A DNA stretch of 64,000 bases from contig OZ024752.1 of NCBI GenBank assembly GCA_964016885.1, forward strand, positions 3,844,001 to 3,908,000, in the 5' to 3' direction. Each line of letters opens with the position of its first letter. Within the stretch, counting starts at the first letter, position 1. The DNA comes from Eledone cirrhosa (lineage: Eukaryota). Below the pieces are notes generated by a model that saw only the letters and a list, made by a program, of their open reading frames with translations, was not told the DNA's origin and searched no databases. A program made the translations under genes and the position numbers. Positions 13,353-27,171 of this stretch are shown one piece after another.

Positions 13353-15464
13353 CTTTGGGAGTAGTTTCCCGGCGTTTGTCATAAAACCCAGGTTTCTCTA
13401 AATTGATCAACCTTTCAATTCCTCCTTTTTGTATTAGGTTTACTCTAACTTAACTCTTTGAAATAAAATTGATTGAAAATGGGTAAGACTTCCACCACAG
13501 GGCATCTACAATAAGGTAAATGTCTAATCTTCTCCCTAATATATATATAAAGGCACACATACACTAGTATCCCCTAATTAGCTCAGCTCTACATATATAA
13601 ATTAGCACTCATTTTACCTTCCTTTAAACACACACTCTACTACTGTTTGGAATTCTTTTTGCGCATGTCCAACATTTTAGTCTACTACCCATTTCCAGTT
13701 TGTACGAAGAAATTACATACTTACTCACACCCGGCGTTTGTTATCATCATGACACTCGTATAGCAACTCCTGGACAACCTCAGTTATATAGAGGCGAACT
13801 GCATAATAACTGTTAGTTTTCCATTTAAAAATGTCTGCCCAGTCCTGCCACATGGGAGAACTTTTCATTTCTTCATGAAAATTACATTTATTTTACCTAC
13901 ATTTCATCATTACACGTTGTCGACGTAAACCCACACTTGTTTCCTCTGTTTCTTTATTTCACCTATTGGATTAATATTAATCTCCTCCAGTATATTATTT
14001 TACTCTTGATTATGTTACTCAGTGAGGAATATTGTTTAACTCAAGCTGACTTTCGAAAAATGTAGCTCCCTTTATTCAGACTCTAACTTCTGTTTCGCTT
14101 TTCACTAAAGCGACAGATATACAGGGCTGTTACTAAACCGCACACAATACTTTGATAGATTAGATTATCGTTTTACATTTTTAGTTAAAATCTCGCGGCG
14201 GTCATCTTTCCCGTCTTCCTTCCGGAGTAAATAAAATAAAATACCATTTCTCTGATGCTTTGTGGTATTTTTTCCGGCTCTTTATGTCCTGAGACCCCCC
14301 CCCCCCCCCTCTCTTCAAAGCAACACTTATATCAAGCTTTATCAGCACTTCCCTTTTGGCAAACCTAGATTATATAGAAAAGGGAGGCGAAATGTATAAA
14401 TAACTGTTAGTCCCGTGCCCTGGGGAAAACTTTTCCAGAGGCAGATACGAAGTCAACAAGCTGATCAACTGATTCTCTTTAAATCTATTTCTAATTAAAT
14501 ATCGATCATTTAGCTAGTTCTCTATACAACACTATTACTTCTCTCTCGAAACTAAAACACAGTTATCCACTATGAAATATATAAAAATATATAAATAAAT
14601 AATTTAAGAATCGAAACTGAAAGTAAATCAAGTAGTTCGGTGTACGAAAGTATATTTATATGATATAAACATTTAAATTCGCTCTGGAAGAAAATTGGTT
14701 TTATAAGTTTGAATGTTTGCCAAATCACGCGATGGTAGTAAATCTTTCTGCTTCGAGATTGTTGATTCTGCTCAGAATTCACGCAGCTTGTCAAGTGCCT
14801 TGCTGGAGATAGATTAAAACTATGAATAAACAAGTAGTGCTACATTCTCTCTGTATGACCCACCTACTATACCTTCCATTACATAATCGGAAGAAATAAT
14901 TGACCCAATATTAGCTAGAAAAGTAACAAATGAAACTAAAAAGAAACTAGTCTTGAAGTATGCTCAGTATTGACTATCATACGTTACAATATCTAAAATA
15001 ATTATGTTGCCATGTGCCCTATGTGCGTGTGGATATAGCTGTATTGCATTTCATATTTTGTAAAACTAATTTCCGTGTTTCGTGATACAGTCTCTTGCCC
15101 ATCATGTAGCATGTCCAAAGCTGCTCCAAATAGTTAATATCTAAACGAACGTTTTCTAAACAATAACGTAGAATTACGTAAACCAAAGGGGAAAATTATG
15201 TTTTAATTTTGTTCAGTTATAATTTTTCTTGACTGATTGAACACAAATTAACTCTTAGCTTCAGATGTATTTGCGATACTATAGAGAACAATCAATGAAG
15301 CAAATAAATTTGATAAACACAGTCATCTGTGTTCAAATATAATGTATTAGATAGTGATAGTATGCAGTTGTAATGTAAAATAAAATGCAAAGATCATGAG
15401 CAAATTAGCAACAAACAGATATCATATTTTACATAATTACGTTTACCAGGTTTAGACATTAATT

Positions 15465-15636
15465 GGCACAAGGCCAGCAATTACCCAGTGCATTACTGGT
15501 ACTTTATTTTATCGACCCGTAAGGATGAAAGGCAAAGTTAACCTCGGCGGGATTTGAAATGAGAATGGCAAAGGCCGTAACTCTATAAGTCAAAGCATGG
15601 CGTCCGACCCTCTACCGATACTGCCAATCCACCACC
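15465..15636 (-). mobile_element. SINE family A with 23-bp target-site duplication (TSD)
   Basis: tttaccaggtttagacattaatt at 15442-15464 and 15637-15659. Confidence 0.9.
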
Positions 15637-15867
15637 TTTACCAGGTTTAGACATTAATTAAATATATATGTTGTTTGACATCATGGCTCATATCTGAGTA
15701 GATTTATACCACCACAAAAGATGCTTCTCGGGTGTTTTAATGATATGAACTCCAATCCTATCACGTCACTATTTTTCTGGTATGGAATGCACAGACCCTG
15801 AATTGATATTAGGAAGTATCATTTGAAATGCTGTAAAATGTCTGTCTGAACTGCTACGTTAATTTTT

Positions 15868-15988
15868 TACCCACGAAAGTTTGAACGGCAAAGTAGACTT
15901 CAATAGATTTTTGCATAGAATTCAGAGAACGAGAACAAATGCCGAAGTATTTCGGTCTGACGATCTATCAACTCTGTCAAATCGCCAC
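15868..15988 (-). mobile_element. Highly degenerate SINE family A
   Basis: tttgaacggcaaagtagacttc...tctatcaactctgtcaaatcgcc. Confidence 0.5.
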
Positions 15989-16169
15989 TATGTAAATATT
16001 AGTTAAATAATTATATAGTTTCATATATTGAACTTATAACCAAGCAATTAATTACGTCAACACCTAATTTTTATTTTAGATTGCTTATTAGTAGCTTGTC
16101 CATTAGTTGTTTATTTGTACCTCTGACAAAGTATGTGTCGGAATTTTAAAAGTATTTACCAATCCCAGA

Positions 16170-16420
16170 ATACGATAGCGAATACAAGAGGTAGAAATGG
16201 AATTCCTCCGAAGGTTCTTTGGAGTAACGTTACTCGATAAAGTGCGCAACTCGAACATCAGAGAGTCACTTCAGGTAGAACCGCTCCTTCTCCAAATTGA
16301 GAGATCACAGCTCCGATACTATGGGCATGTTGTTAGAATGTCTCTGGAAAGAATCGCTGGACAGATTTTACGGGTAAAACGGACCGCAAGAGACCCAGAC
16401 TGGAAGGAGTGTTTGGGGAC
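16170..16420 (+). mobile_element. RTE-clade LINE fragment (post-RT region)
   Basis: EMEFLRRFFGVTLLDKVRNSNIRESLQVEPLLLQIERSQLRYYGHVVRM. Confidence 0.85.
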
Positions 16421-17136
16421 ACAGCCCCCACGACCCTGTCACGAATAAAAGGACGCAGAAGAAGATTTATCCATCCCCAAATCTGCTCAACCGAATTGTC
16501 TCGCAGCAGGTTTACATATGTTTTAATCATATCAAAAAGAAAGCATTAACTATAGAAATATTTTATTTTAAACAATAAACACAGACGTGCAGTCAAAACT
16601 GCATTATGAAATTCACATAGCAACCATTTAGTTCCGGGTTCAATCACACTTCGTAATTCCCTATGAAAACGTTTATATCGATTGCTTACAGACACATACT
16701 TTTTAATTCCGCAGAACAGTACAGTAAGCGTCACTCAATTAGTACAACCCGTATCTGAAAAAGTTGGTTCATTATGCGTGTAAGTAATTTAAGGAACATA
16801 TTGATGACTTCAACGTGTCGTTGGGGATCAGTACAATTAGATTTTATGTTTGATCTATTCAGATTCAGGAAACAGTATTCATATCTTTAAATCACCCTGC
16901 CAAATATCCTCCTACACTAACTCTTTCATAGCTTCTGTTTCTTCCTTTTTCCTGTCAAAATACACTCCTAACCTTTTCTTTAATAGAATATTTAATCAAC
17001 TAGACATATATCCATAATTCTAAATACTTCACAGTATTCATTCTCGTGTTATAAAATAGAAAGGTCTTACGTAAGCTCAAGGGATCATATTTTGGGTAAG
17101 AGACCATATGATTATATCATTCTCTGTGCTAAAGTA

Positions 17137-17389
17137 TATGGCCAGTGCGTCTGAAACCCACTCACCATTCGACGCAGCGGCTGCAAGCTGGAAGAGGCCC
17201 TGCATCAGATGACTGGATATCATCAGGGAAGATCTCCGGAGGCTCGACATCACCTTGTAAGATGCAGAGGAGCTGGCATGGGACCGCCACCGAAGGAGGG
17301 AGCTGATGAACCTGGTCGGCTCTACGCACGACGATGCTTTAGGATCACTGGCTTAGGATGAGTCCAGTCTCGTTCAGCAAGAGCAAGAA
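17137..17389 (+). mobile_element. 5'-truncated LINE 3' end (RTE-like) with 11-bp TSD
   Basis: WLDIIREDLRRLDITL*DAEELAWDRHRRR; gcaaga-repeat tail; gtgctaaagta at 17126-17136 and 17390-17400. Confidence 0.8.
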
Positions 17390-17901
17390 GTGCTAAAGTA
17401 ATAAAATATATAGACACTCTATGTCATAGACCTCAGAAAAATGAAAGGCAATGTTGACGTTGGTTACATATTGTCAATCACCTTCTCCCAATATCTCAAA
17501 CTCAGTGTATAGTCGGATGTTTCATTCTACACTCAACATGTATGTCACATATCTCTTCTAGTTATTGTATTATACGATCCACAAGCCAATGGGAGAAGCT
17601 CCTACAAATATGCTCGTAGTCACACACACTGAAACACACAGAGAAACAGTCTCATACACACATACACTAACACATGCACTCACACACATACACATATATA
17701 TATATATGTGTGTGTGTGTGTAGGTTTATGTATGTGCTTGTGGGCGTATGTGTGTGCTTGTGGGTGTATGTGAATGGTATATTCGTGTATCACTGTCTCT
17801 ATGTGTGTTACCTCAAACCAATTATGTTGCTAATATTCACACCATTAAGAAATATTTTCTGCTAATTAGTTCGAAAAATACAGTCCGTCACTGGTATAAC
17901 C

Positions 17902-17950
<49 letters not shown>

Positions 17951-18651
17951 GACACTCTTATTTCCTCTCCATCTTTAATTTAAAGGTTGATTAGTCGTTG
18001 CTGATGTAAAAGATTTCTCTCTCTCACAGTCTCTCTATTTCTCTGTCTTTCGCGCTCACCCACACACATTATCTATCTCTATCTATCTATCTGTTCGCTC
18101 TCGCTCTCTCTCTCACTCTCTAGCTCTCTCCTCCCTCTCCCTCTTCATATTTAATTTAAAAACAGGACTGACGTCTGCTAAGAATATTTTTACATCTTCC
18201 TTTCTATTTCCTTGGTGGGAAAAAATATATAAAATAAATTTTAAGCAGTCAAACGAGAAAAAAATATTGTGAAATAAGTAAAACCAAAAATTAGAACAAA
18301 GTGCCTGACATCCTCCTAAAACAAATTATAATAATGAATAAATAATGAGAATGAATATAGTATCGAACTAAAATATGAAAATATAACATCTTAAATTAAA
18401 ATACGAACAAAAAATAACGACGACCTTGAAACATTTGCTTTAACAAGCAGTTAATGATTATGATTTCTCTATTACAACTATATTGGGCAATGCTAAATTA
18501 TATTTAATACATTGACAGAAAATACCTTCTTTTTATAATTTACATGATAATCAATTCTTCACTGAATTTAAACATTTCATACGAAAAAGCCAGCTTTGCT
18601 GTTTAGTGCAAAAAAAATCTATAAAAACGAAAAGATTTTCCAATTATGTTT

Positions 18652-18713
<62 letters not shown>

Positions 18714-19140
18714 ACGCACACACGTATATAGATATATATTTGTGTGTAAGCATGCATGGATGTACCTTTCCATGTATATCTATATTCCGGCTTTAAATTT
18801 CTCGCCTCCATGTTTCCTCACAACGGTCAATTATACGATCTCCACTATAAGCGGTCACGTGTCACTACAAGCCTGAAATTGGTACATTTTTGTAATATTA
18901 GGGGGCATGTTAGAATCTGTCTTTTTACGACAAACCTTTCCGCTTTGAGGCTGGACGATCATTTGTTGGCGATACACTGCAGCATCGGTTGTGTAATGCC
19001 GGCAGATATGACATATCTACTGTGTATAGCAGTTGCAGTTTTAAGTGTTAAGACCAGGCTGTAGTGCTGAGCATATCGAGAGTCCGAGTTTATAGGATAT
19101 ACATCTAGCATAAGTAGTAACTTGTAATGTGTAATCTAAG

Positions 19141-19469
19141 TCTAAACCTGGTCCATGTGGACCACTAGTGGTCCACAGGAAAATTCAGGTGGTCTACAGA
19201 AAATGTTCAATAGCAAATTCTTTTTTGATCCCTGCATTTGACTTAAAGCGCTGTTCTTATTCTTCACATAAGTACGACTTCAGCTGTTTATTTGCGTAGA
19301 TTTTTAGTCACTGCGACATGATAATAGCATTTTCTAATTCATTGAAAAAAAACATCTAATGATGCTTATAAGTAGCAGTTCTATTACAAGATTTAAAAGT
19401 TTAGGTGGTCCACAGGAAAAGATTACTTATTTTGGTGGTCCACAGCGAACAAAAGGTTGAGAACCCCTG
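19141..19469. mobile_element. hAT (Charlie-like) non-autonomous DNA transposon remnant
   Basis: 3' terminus aaggttgagaacccctg, repeated ggtggtccacag subterminal motifs, atctaag on both flanks. Confidence 0.65.
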
Positions 19470-19595
19470 ATCTAAGTTATGTCTGTATTTTCTTGCGGTC
19501 AAGTGTGTTAAGTATTATATTTTGACAGCGTGTGTAGTGAAGAGAGGTGTCCTGTTATCAACATGATCTGTAATTTGATGTATTCTAATATATAA

Positions 19596-19766
19596 TTGTT
19601 TCTACTTTTGGCACAAGGCCAACAATTACTGGTACTTTATTTGATCGACCCCGTAATGATGAAAGGCAAAGTTAACCTCGGCGGGATTTGAACTCAGAAT
19701 GGCAAGGACCGTAACTCTATAAGTCAAAGCATGGCGTCCGACCCTCTACCGATACTGCCAATCCAC
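19596..19766 (-). mobile_element. SINE family A with 10-bp TSD (aatatataat)
   Basis: Full SINE motifs; aatatataat at 19587 and 19767. Confidence 0.88.
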
Positions 19767-20064
19767 AATATATAATATGTTCTGCGCAGCAAAAAGAAAA
19801 TCATGAGTCACATGCTTTTAGGTTTTACTAAGTATATACCTACTTTCTCCTCTTTGACAATTGCCTTACGATCAGGGTCATCGGATCGGTTTGTGAGCTT
19901 TCGCTCCTGTTGGGCAATTGCTTTTGTTTTATTTCTTGGGGATCTAGGCGTTTATGGATCTGTCGGGTTTCTCAATTAGACTTAGGTATTCAGCTCCCTA
20001 TAACAGGAGGACTGAATGCCTCAAATATTTATATACTACGCATACCCATCTTGTACACTGTGTA

Positions 20065-20380
20065 TATGTTACCTTTTTTTCTATTTGCTATATAAAGCAC
20101 CCCTCCAACTTAATGTTGTAATTTGTCTTGCCCGCGCGGCAAATAAAAGAAATAATTATTTGTGTGTGTGCGTGGATCGGCAGTATTCGTAGAGCGAAGA
20201 CATCATTTACAGGATAGAGATACGGCCCTTTACATTCTGAGTTGAAATCCCGCCGAGATAAGCGTTGCCTTTCATGCTTACGGATTCGGATAGTTAAATT
20301 ACTAGTAACGTACAGGGGTAGATTTAATCGACATTCCCCTTCCCTTCAAATTGTGGGGCTTGTGTCAAAAGTAGAAACAA
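20065..20380 (+). mobile_element. LINE-like 3' tail fused to SINE family A (composite also at 54905-55120)
   Basis: cacccctcca.cttaatgttg.aatttgtcttgc.cgcgcggcaaataaaagaaa followed by gtggatcggcagt SINE head at both loci. Confidence 0.7.
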
Positions 20381-21009
20381 TTATTTTTTTCTGCAAATAT
20401 TGGATTCGTGTTAGTACAAAATTCTAGAATCCTAATTAAGCTTATATTTTAGCCTTTACATAATTTGTTATTTCATTTCACTACTATCTTTTTTTCTTTT
20501 CTATTTGTTACTTCAACTCCTCTTTTGTGTTTGGTGCTTTCTTTAAATAGAGAAACAAGTTTTTGTTGTTTTGTTCGTCTTTATTTGTATCTATTTTCTA
20601 TTCCTTTTCTTGTATTCTTTCCTAGACATGCTTTAGACTTACAGTGGATATTTTGTAACAGTTTTCTTGTTAGTGAAGACGTCTACCTGCTTGTATTTGT
20701 TATTTATTCTGTCCGCCGGGAGCCGCGGGGTGACCAACGCGTGGGCCCCCATTTGCTCACAGTAGGGAGAGAGGAGAAGAGCAGGAGAGATGGAGGAAGT
20801 GACAGTAGGAGTTTGGTCCTTTTGTTTCGGACCTTGTGTATATATGTATATATAAGAGAGAATGTGTCATGTCCAGTTTGAGGATTTCAATAAAATAAAA
20901 TCTTTTTAAGTTCTATGAAGTAAAAAATAATTAAGAATGTAGAATACAACATGGAAACAACATATTCTACTCTATGTAACGTAGAGTGTAACATTTGATA
21001 TCGTATCAG

Positions 21010-22520
21010 CTAGCCAGCCAACCATTCAGTCGTCCCAGCAACCAGCCAGCTAACCATTCAGTCGTCCCAGCAACCAGCCAGCCAACCATTCAGTCATCCC
21101 AGCAACCAGCCAGCCAACCATTCAGTCCTCCCAGCAACCTGCCAGCCAACCATTCAGTCGTCCCAGCAACCAGCCAGCCAACCATTCAGTCATCCCAGCA
21201 ACCAGCCAGCCAACCATTCAGTCATCCCAGCAACCAGCCAGCCAACCATTCAGTCCTCCCAGCAACCAGCCAGCCAACCATTCAGTCGTCCCAGCAACCA
21301 GCCAGCCAATCATTCAGTCATCCCAACAACCAGCCAGCCAACCATTCAGTCATCCCAGCAACCAGCCAGCCAACCATTCAGTCGTCCCAGCAACCAGCCA
21401 GCCAACCATTCAGTCATCCCAGCAACCAGCCAGCCAACCATTCAGTCCTCCCAGCAACCAGCCAGCCAACCATTCAGCCATCCCAGCAACCAGCCAGCCA
21501 ACCACTCAGCCATCCCAGCAACCAGCCAACCATTCAGTCATCCCAGCAACCAGCCAGCCAACCACTCAGCCATCCCAGCAACCAGCCAACCAACCAGCCA
21601 ACCACTCAGCCATCCCAGCAACCAGCCAACCAACCAGCCAACCACTCAGCCATCCCAGCAACCAGCCAACCAACCAGCCAACCACTCAGCCATCCCAGCA
21701 ACCAGCCAGCCAACCACTCAGCCATCCCAGCAACCAGCCAGCCAACCATTCAGTCATCCCAGCAACCATCCAGCCAACCATTCAGTCATCCCAGCAACCA
21801 ACCAGCCAACCACTCAGCCATCCCAGCAACCAGCCAACCAACCAGCCAACCACTCAGCCATCCCAGCAACCAGCCAGCCAACCATTCAGTCATCCCAGCA
21901 ACCAGCCAGCCAACCATTCAGTCATCCCAGCAACCAGCCAGCCAACCATTCAGTCCTCCCAGCAACCTGCCAGCCAACCATTCAGTCATCCCAGCAACCA
22001 ACCAGCCAACCATTCAGTCATCCCAGCAACCAGCCAGCCAGCCATTCAACCATTCAACCCACCCAACAACCAGTCAACCAACCCACCCAACAACCAGTCA
22101 ACCAACCAGTCCCCGACCAACCAACCAACCAACCAGCCAAGCAACCAGCCAGCCAACCATTCAACCATCCCAGCGACCATCAACCATTCAACCATCCCAG
22201 AAACCAGCCAACCATTCACCATCCCAGCAACCAATCAACCAACCAGTCCCCGACCATTCAACCAGCCCCGACCAACCGACCAACCAGCCAGCCAGTCAAC
22301 CATTCAATCATCCCAGCAACCAGTCAACCAACCATTTCCCACCAGCCAACCAACCAACTTACCAGCCAACCAACCATTCAACCATCCCAGAAAGCAGCCA
22401 ACCAACCAGTTCCCACCACCCAACCAACCAACCTGCCAGCCAGCCAACCATTCAACCATCCCAGCAACCAGTCAACCAACGAACCAGCCCGACCAGCCAA
22501 CCAACCAATCAACCAACCAA
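21010..22520. repeat. 32-bp minisatellite (ccagccagccaaccattcagtcatcccagcaa) degrading into (CCAA/CCAG)n
   Basis: Tandem 32-bp units; the translated ORF has a 32-aa period equal to 3 units. Confidence 0.92.
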
Positions 22521-23350
22521 AAACAAATCTTTCTGTTAGATTCCTTGTTGTACCTATTCGAAATGATGCCATTATGTTTCCTTATTTTTTTTGCTTTTTC
22601 TTGCTAATCTATTTAGCGACCAAAATGAGAATGTTATATATTTAGTTGTTTTAATTATCTAATGCGTATATTCCTTCCTAATCTCTTCGTATGTTGTAAT
22701 CAGTAAAGTTCATTAATTTCTAAATATTTCTAAGCCTGCGTTTCATCTGATTCTCTTATCTTTTTCCTTTACCTAGCAAGATATTAGTGTTCTTAATTAA
22801 TTTTCCTCTCTTCACAGTTGCCTTGACGTTATTTTTTGTTGATTTCTTTTCCAAATCTAATTTTACATCAATTCTTTTAGTAAATCCGTGTAAGAATCTC
22901 TAGGTGTCTATCATATGCAGCGTACAACCAGGTGATGTCCACATACCATACAATGGACTGGATGCTTCTGTCGTATGTGTATGTATCCAAATCCAATGAA
23001 GTAATAGATCAGTTACAGGTGTTAATGAGAGACAGAGAAGTGCCAGGATGGAAAGCTATTGGAATAATTGTCTTCTAATAGAGATGGGCTCAATTCCTGT
23101 AATTGTTCATGTATTTATATCTGCATAATTGTTTGCCATATAACTATGATGTGTTCAATGTATCTGCCTGTTATTAGAGCTACCATATTCATAACTAATG
23201 TCACAAGCAATGTCAAAAGCATTCTGGTAATTAATCCTAGCAACCCCAGACATTATTCTAACATTTTCCGTTATGCCTTTGTTGATGAATAACTATTGTT
23301 GGCAATCATGTGAGCTTTTGAAACATCCCTGCTGCTCTACTGGAAATAAT

Positions 23351-23532
23351 TGTTTCTACTTTAGGCACAAGGCCAGCAATTACCCAGTGCATTACTGGTA
23401 CTTTATTTTATCGACCCCATAAGGATGAAAGGCAAAGTTAACCTCGGTAGGATTTGAACTCAGATCGTAAAGGGACGTAACTATTCTGGAAAGCATGTCC
23501 GACCCTCTACCGATACTGCCAATTCACCGCCC
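23351..23532 (-). mobile_element. SINE family A with 25-bp TSD
   Basis: tccctgctgctctactggaaataat at 23326-23350 and 23535-23559. Confidence 0.92.
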
Positions 23533-23976
23533 TTTCCCTGCTGCTCTACTGGAAATAATGTTTCTGTCAAATGATTATTTATATTTTTCGATATTGTTGT
23601 AGTTAAGGCTGGATATAATTTTGTAAATTGTTACGATTTAGAAATGCTAAATCGTATTTAGTATTAAGTATTAAGATATTGCTCGCCTGCCAGGTGATGA
23701 CATAGTTTTCGGTTGCTTCAGTAACCTTTTCAATATTGCTACTAGTTATATTTTATGTTGAGGAAAATATGAGAGCTGATTATACTCAGTTCTTAAATTA
23801 TAGATTTTAGATGAACAATCACACCAGAGGTTGATCAATAACTAATGCTGAATTACACAAGAGGTATGCAAAACTTCAAATTTGGGCCAAATCTTATGAT
23901 GCTGACAGACAAGTATGGAGAACCCAATTAGCTAAAGATGATGGCCTCAATGTTGGTATGCCTCGATCCTTTATGA

Positions 23977-24402
23977 TCTGAGTTCAAATCACGCCGAGGT
24001 TAACTTTGCCTTTCATCCTTACGGGGTCGATAAAATAAAGTACCAGTCACGCACTAAGGGTCGATTAAATCTTTTTTCCCATCCTCCCAAATTGCTGCCC
24101 TTGTGCCTATATAAGAAACCATTATTTGACCTAGAGTTACGGCTCTTTGCGTTCTGAGTTCATATCCCACCGAGGTTACCTTTGCCTTTCATACTTACGG
24201 GGTCGATAAAATAATGTACCAGTAATGCACTGGGTAATTGCTGGCCTTGTGCCTAAAGTAGAAACAATTATTTAACCTCTGATTTCAAATTCCGCCGAGG
24301 TGAACTTTGCCTCTGATTCTTAAGGGGTCGATAAGAAAATTTACCAGTCAAGTACGTAGATCGATTTAATCGACTCACATCTCCCTCCAAATTACTGGCC
24401 TT
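23977..24402 (+). mobile_element. Three head-to-tail 5'-truncated SINE family A copies
   Basis: B-box plus central domain at about 23980, 24155 and 24285. Confidence 0.85.
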
Positions 24403-26892
24403 ATTTAGTAAATATCATTAATAGTAGTAGTAATTATTTTAATAGTTTCGTGCAGGATTTTAACTCCCATTCAGGTGTATGTTTATGTTTCTGGATTGTA
24501 GGCAACATTGATTTTCGATAAAATTGAGAAAATATGTGAATTACGTCGAACTGTCTGCGATGAATGGATTATTTTTGTAGTTATTATTTGCAGTTATTAT
24601 TTGCTGGTTATTATTTGCTGGTTTCATCTTTGCCCTTTATGCATCTAAAATCAATAAGTGCTGATGATACACTGCAATTGGATATGCACCCTATCCCAAT
24701 TATGAAAATTGACCTTGTCATAGAAATCGTTATTGTCGGTATTATTAGTATTATTATTTCAGTAGTCATGAATTCATTGCACAATCGAGCGCAGATCCGT
24801 ATCTCTATTCGCCTTCATAGCTCTCTCTTAATTTACTGTTTCTCTTTTCTTTTCTTTTTCCTAGTTCCTGATAAAATCGCCTAGGATTGGCTCGAATGGT
24901 TTGTTTTGTTCAAAGGATTGTTGTTACATTTCATAACGAGGGATTCCATGCTATTTAGCGATGATATTTTGTTTTAGGTGTCCTTTGATTTCACTGACTT
25001 CGTTATTTTCATGTTGCTTTTCTGTGATATTTCTCTCCCCTTATCTTTTTTTTTCATTTCAGTATTTTCGTTGTTAAGTTCAATAAGGTTCGGGAGACAT
25101 TTTCTTTTATTATTTTCTATATTTTACAATAAAATTCGTTTCTCATGTTGTTTGCTTGGATTAAGATGTTTCTATATGACACGTTCTCAGGAAATGCCCA
25201 TTTCCCTTTATAACTACTGATATTTCTGAATAAATTATTTGATTTATTTTGATGTTAGTGATGTTTGCATCCGTTGCCGCCATATATCTTAGTTAACAAT
25301 TTTTCTTTTGTTACTATTTTGTCATAGTTTTATGTTAATGGGTCGTTGGTCCGCAGGAAAATAACTTTCAATTTTAATTTTTTTAAAACTATTTCCATCA
25401 TTATATTATTGTCACGTACAGTATTTCCACCTTTAGAATTTTCTACTCTTAGATCCTTCTCCATATTCTCTTACATTCATATTTCTTTACTACGCTAGGT
25501 CTTGTTGTACTACCGTTCATCAATATGTTGTAGGTATGCTGGGGTCTCGTTTGAGGATATGCTTCTATTTCTTTGGGTTTTCACACCTATAATTGGTATA
25601 TCTTCGTGATGTTTGACTTACTTTGTTATAGTCTCTCTTTTAGGTTTTCAATCTTTTATTATTATTTTTTGTATGTATGAGATAATGTCTTCTTAAAGTA
25701 CCTAACGTCCAGATATTCAAATTTACTTTTGAATCGAGTTATTTTCATTCCTAGATATTATGCAACTATATTGTCACGGCAGTTCTTTTTTCAGTACAAT
25801 GTAACTGTACATTATGCACGTAGTATGAAAAGATATTTATCTCGTGTCTATATATGCTATTTTTCTTTTATTTATGTGAGTTGTTAGTTATGAGAGACAC
25901 TTCATAGAAATTGTCACTATTTAGAATTACTGCACCACGAGATGCACATGTGTTTCTGAGATATGTACATCCAGCACCATTTATGTTACTCTCATATCCA
26001 CAACTTACTTATCTCCATTTCAACTAAATTAATTGTGCGTATCATTTCGCCAACCTCCTGCCTGGTGGCCTCAGCGAATATGATTTTATATAATATTGAC
26101 TGGTTCAAGACTGACTATCCTAGTGAAAACTAGCAATAAGTTACTGAAACCTTTGACAGGGGTTAATATATTGTGAAAGAAACCATTCCTTGACCCTTTG
26201 TTACTAATGGACTCATCGGCATGTATTAGCTCCAGGAAAGTCATAACGCCTGGAGAAATATATTAATGGCAGCAAATTATTGGTCAAGAAGTTTGTCCAA
26301 AATAGATCAGGCGAAGAGTAGTTAACATTCTTCTGTGCTGCAAATATAAGGCAACATTTCTATATTCCCACGAAGGTGGAACTGGAGAGCGCCATAACCA
26401 GAATGAAACAAGAGGGATGTTTCCTGGTCAGAAACAGAGTCTATGGTACCGTGTATCTAGTTTGTAACGAAGTAAAGAGTCGTGCAGAGTGGATTCATAA
26501 ATTGCCTCTACACGGACTGTAAACGATAAAGTATTTTTTCTTTGATAATGTGGCTCGCATATGTTTATTGCATATAAATATATACTATATGCTTTCATAT
26601 ACACACCTTTTCTTCTTCTTCTTCTTCTTCTTCTTCTTCTTCTTCGCCAACATAATTCTGAGAGGGTCGTGGGAGCAGGGTCCTCAAACACTCCTCGTAG
26701 CCTTTCTCGTAAACTGCTGGGGAAAGATCGGCAGAATTATGGGAGCGATGGTCAGCCTCTTGCTTCCCTGATGTCTGTGTAAGAATGCCCAAGTATTTGT
26801 GTTTGGATCAATGGTGCTAAATCGAAACCATATATACCCCTATTATATAAATACCAATATATATATGTGTGAGTGTGTGAAAGAGTCGGGAC

Positions 26893-26948
26893 TGCGACGG
26901 CCAACCTCTTACCGTTTCAACAGCTAGTTCTCAGCCGTCAGGGACTCG
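26893..26948 (-). ncRNA. Hammerhead-like relic (family related to 2045-2172 and 57392-57520)
   Basis: Minus strand: CTGACGG ctgagaactagctgtt GAAA cggt aagaggtt ggccg TC. Confidence 0.35.
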
Positions 26949-27171
26949 ACACTCAACTCCCCAAGTATCGACTACTCTGGGGATTAATGGTCTAACAAGT
27001 TTATACTGCATTCATTTATATATATATATTTATTTAGGTTTGAAGGTTCACCACTGGATAGAGCTGGTCAATTCCGTATGGTCAATCTTGATGTAATAAT
27101 ATGGAGAGTACTCAACGTAAAGCAGCTCAACCGTCTTCGTTTGTGTAGTTGGTGGTGCGAGTACGGAGTTA

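Noticed and set aside
21010-22050. CRISPR-like 32-bp periodicity
   Set aside because: No unique spacers, no cas genes, and a eukaryotic context.
20995-22539. 514-aa Q/P/S-rich mucin-like ORF
   Set aside because: The 32-bp unit is not a multiple of 3 and all plus frames are largely open; the start is non-ATG.
24655-24722. CTGATGA...GAAA possible hammerhead
   Set aside because: No stem I and an unpaired base of stem II.
22860-25760. Possible very old minus-strand LINE remnant
   Set aside because: Only vague motif resemblance with many stops; cannot be supported without an HMM search.
26595-26792. Poly-E/poly-R ORFs
   Set aside because: Due to a (GAA)n tract; the adjacent GC-rich sequence may be a retroposon tail but is unassignable.
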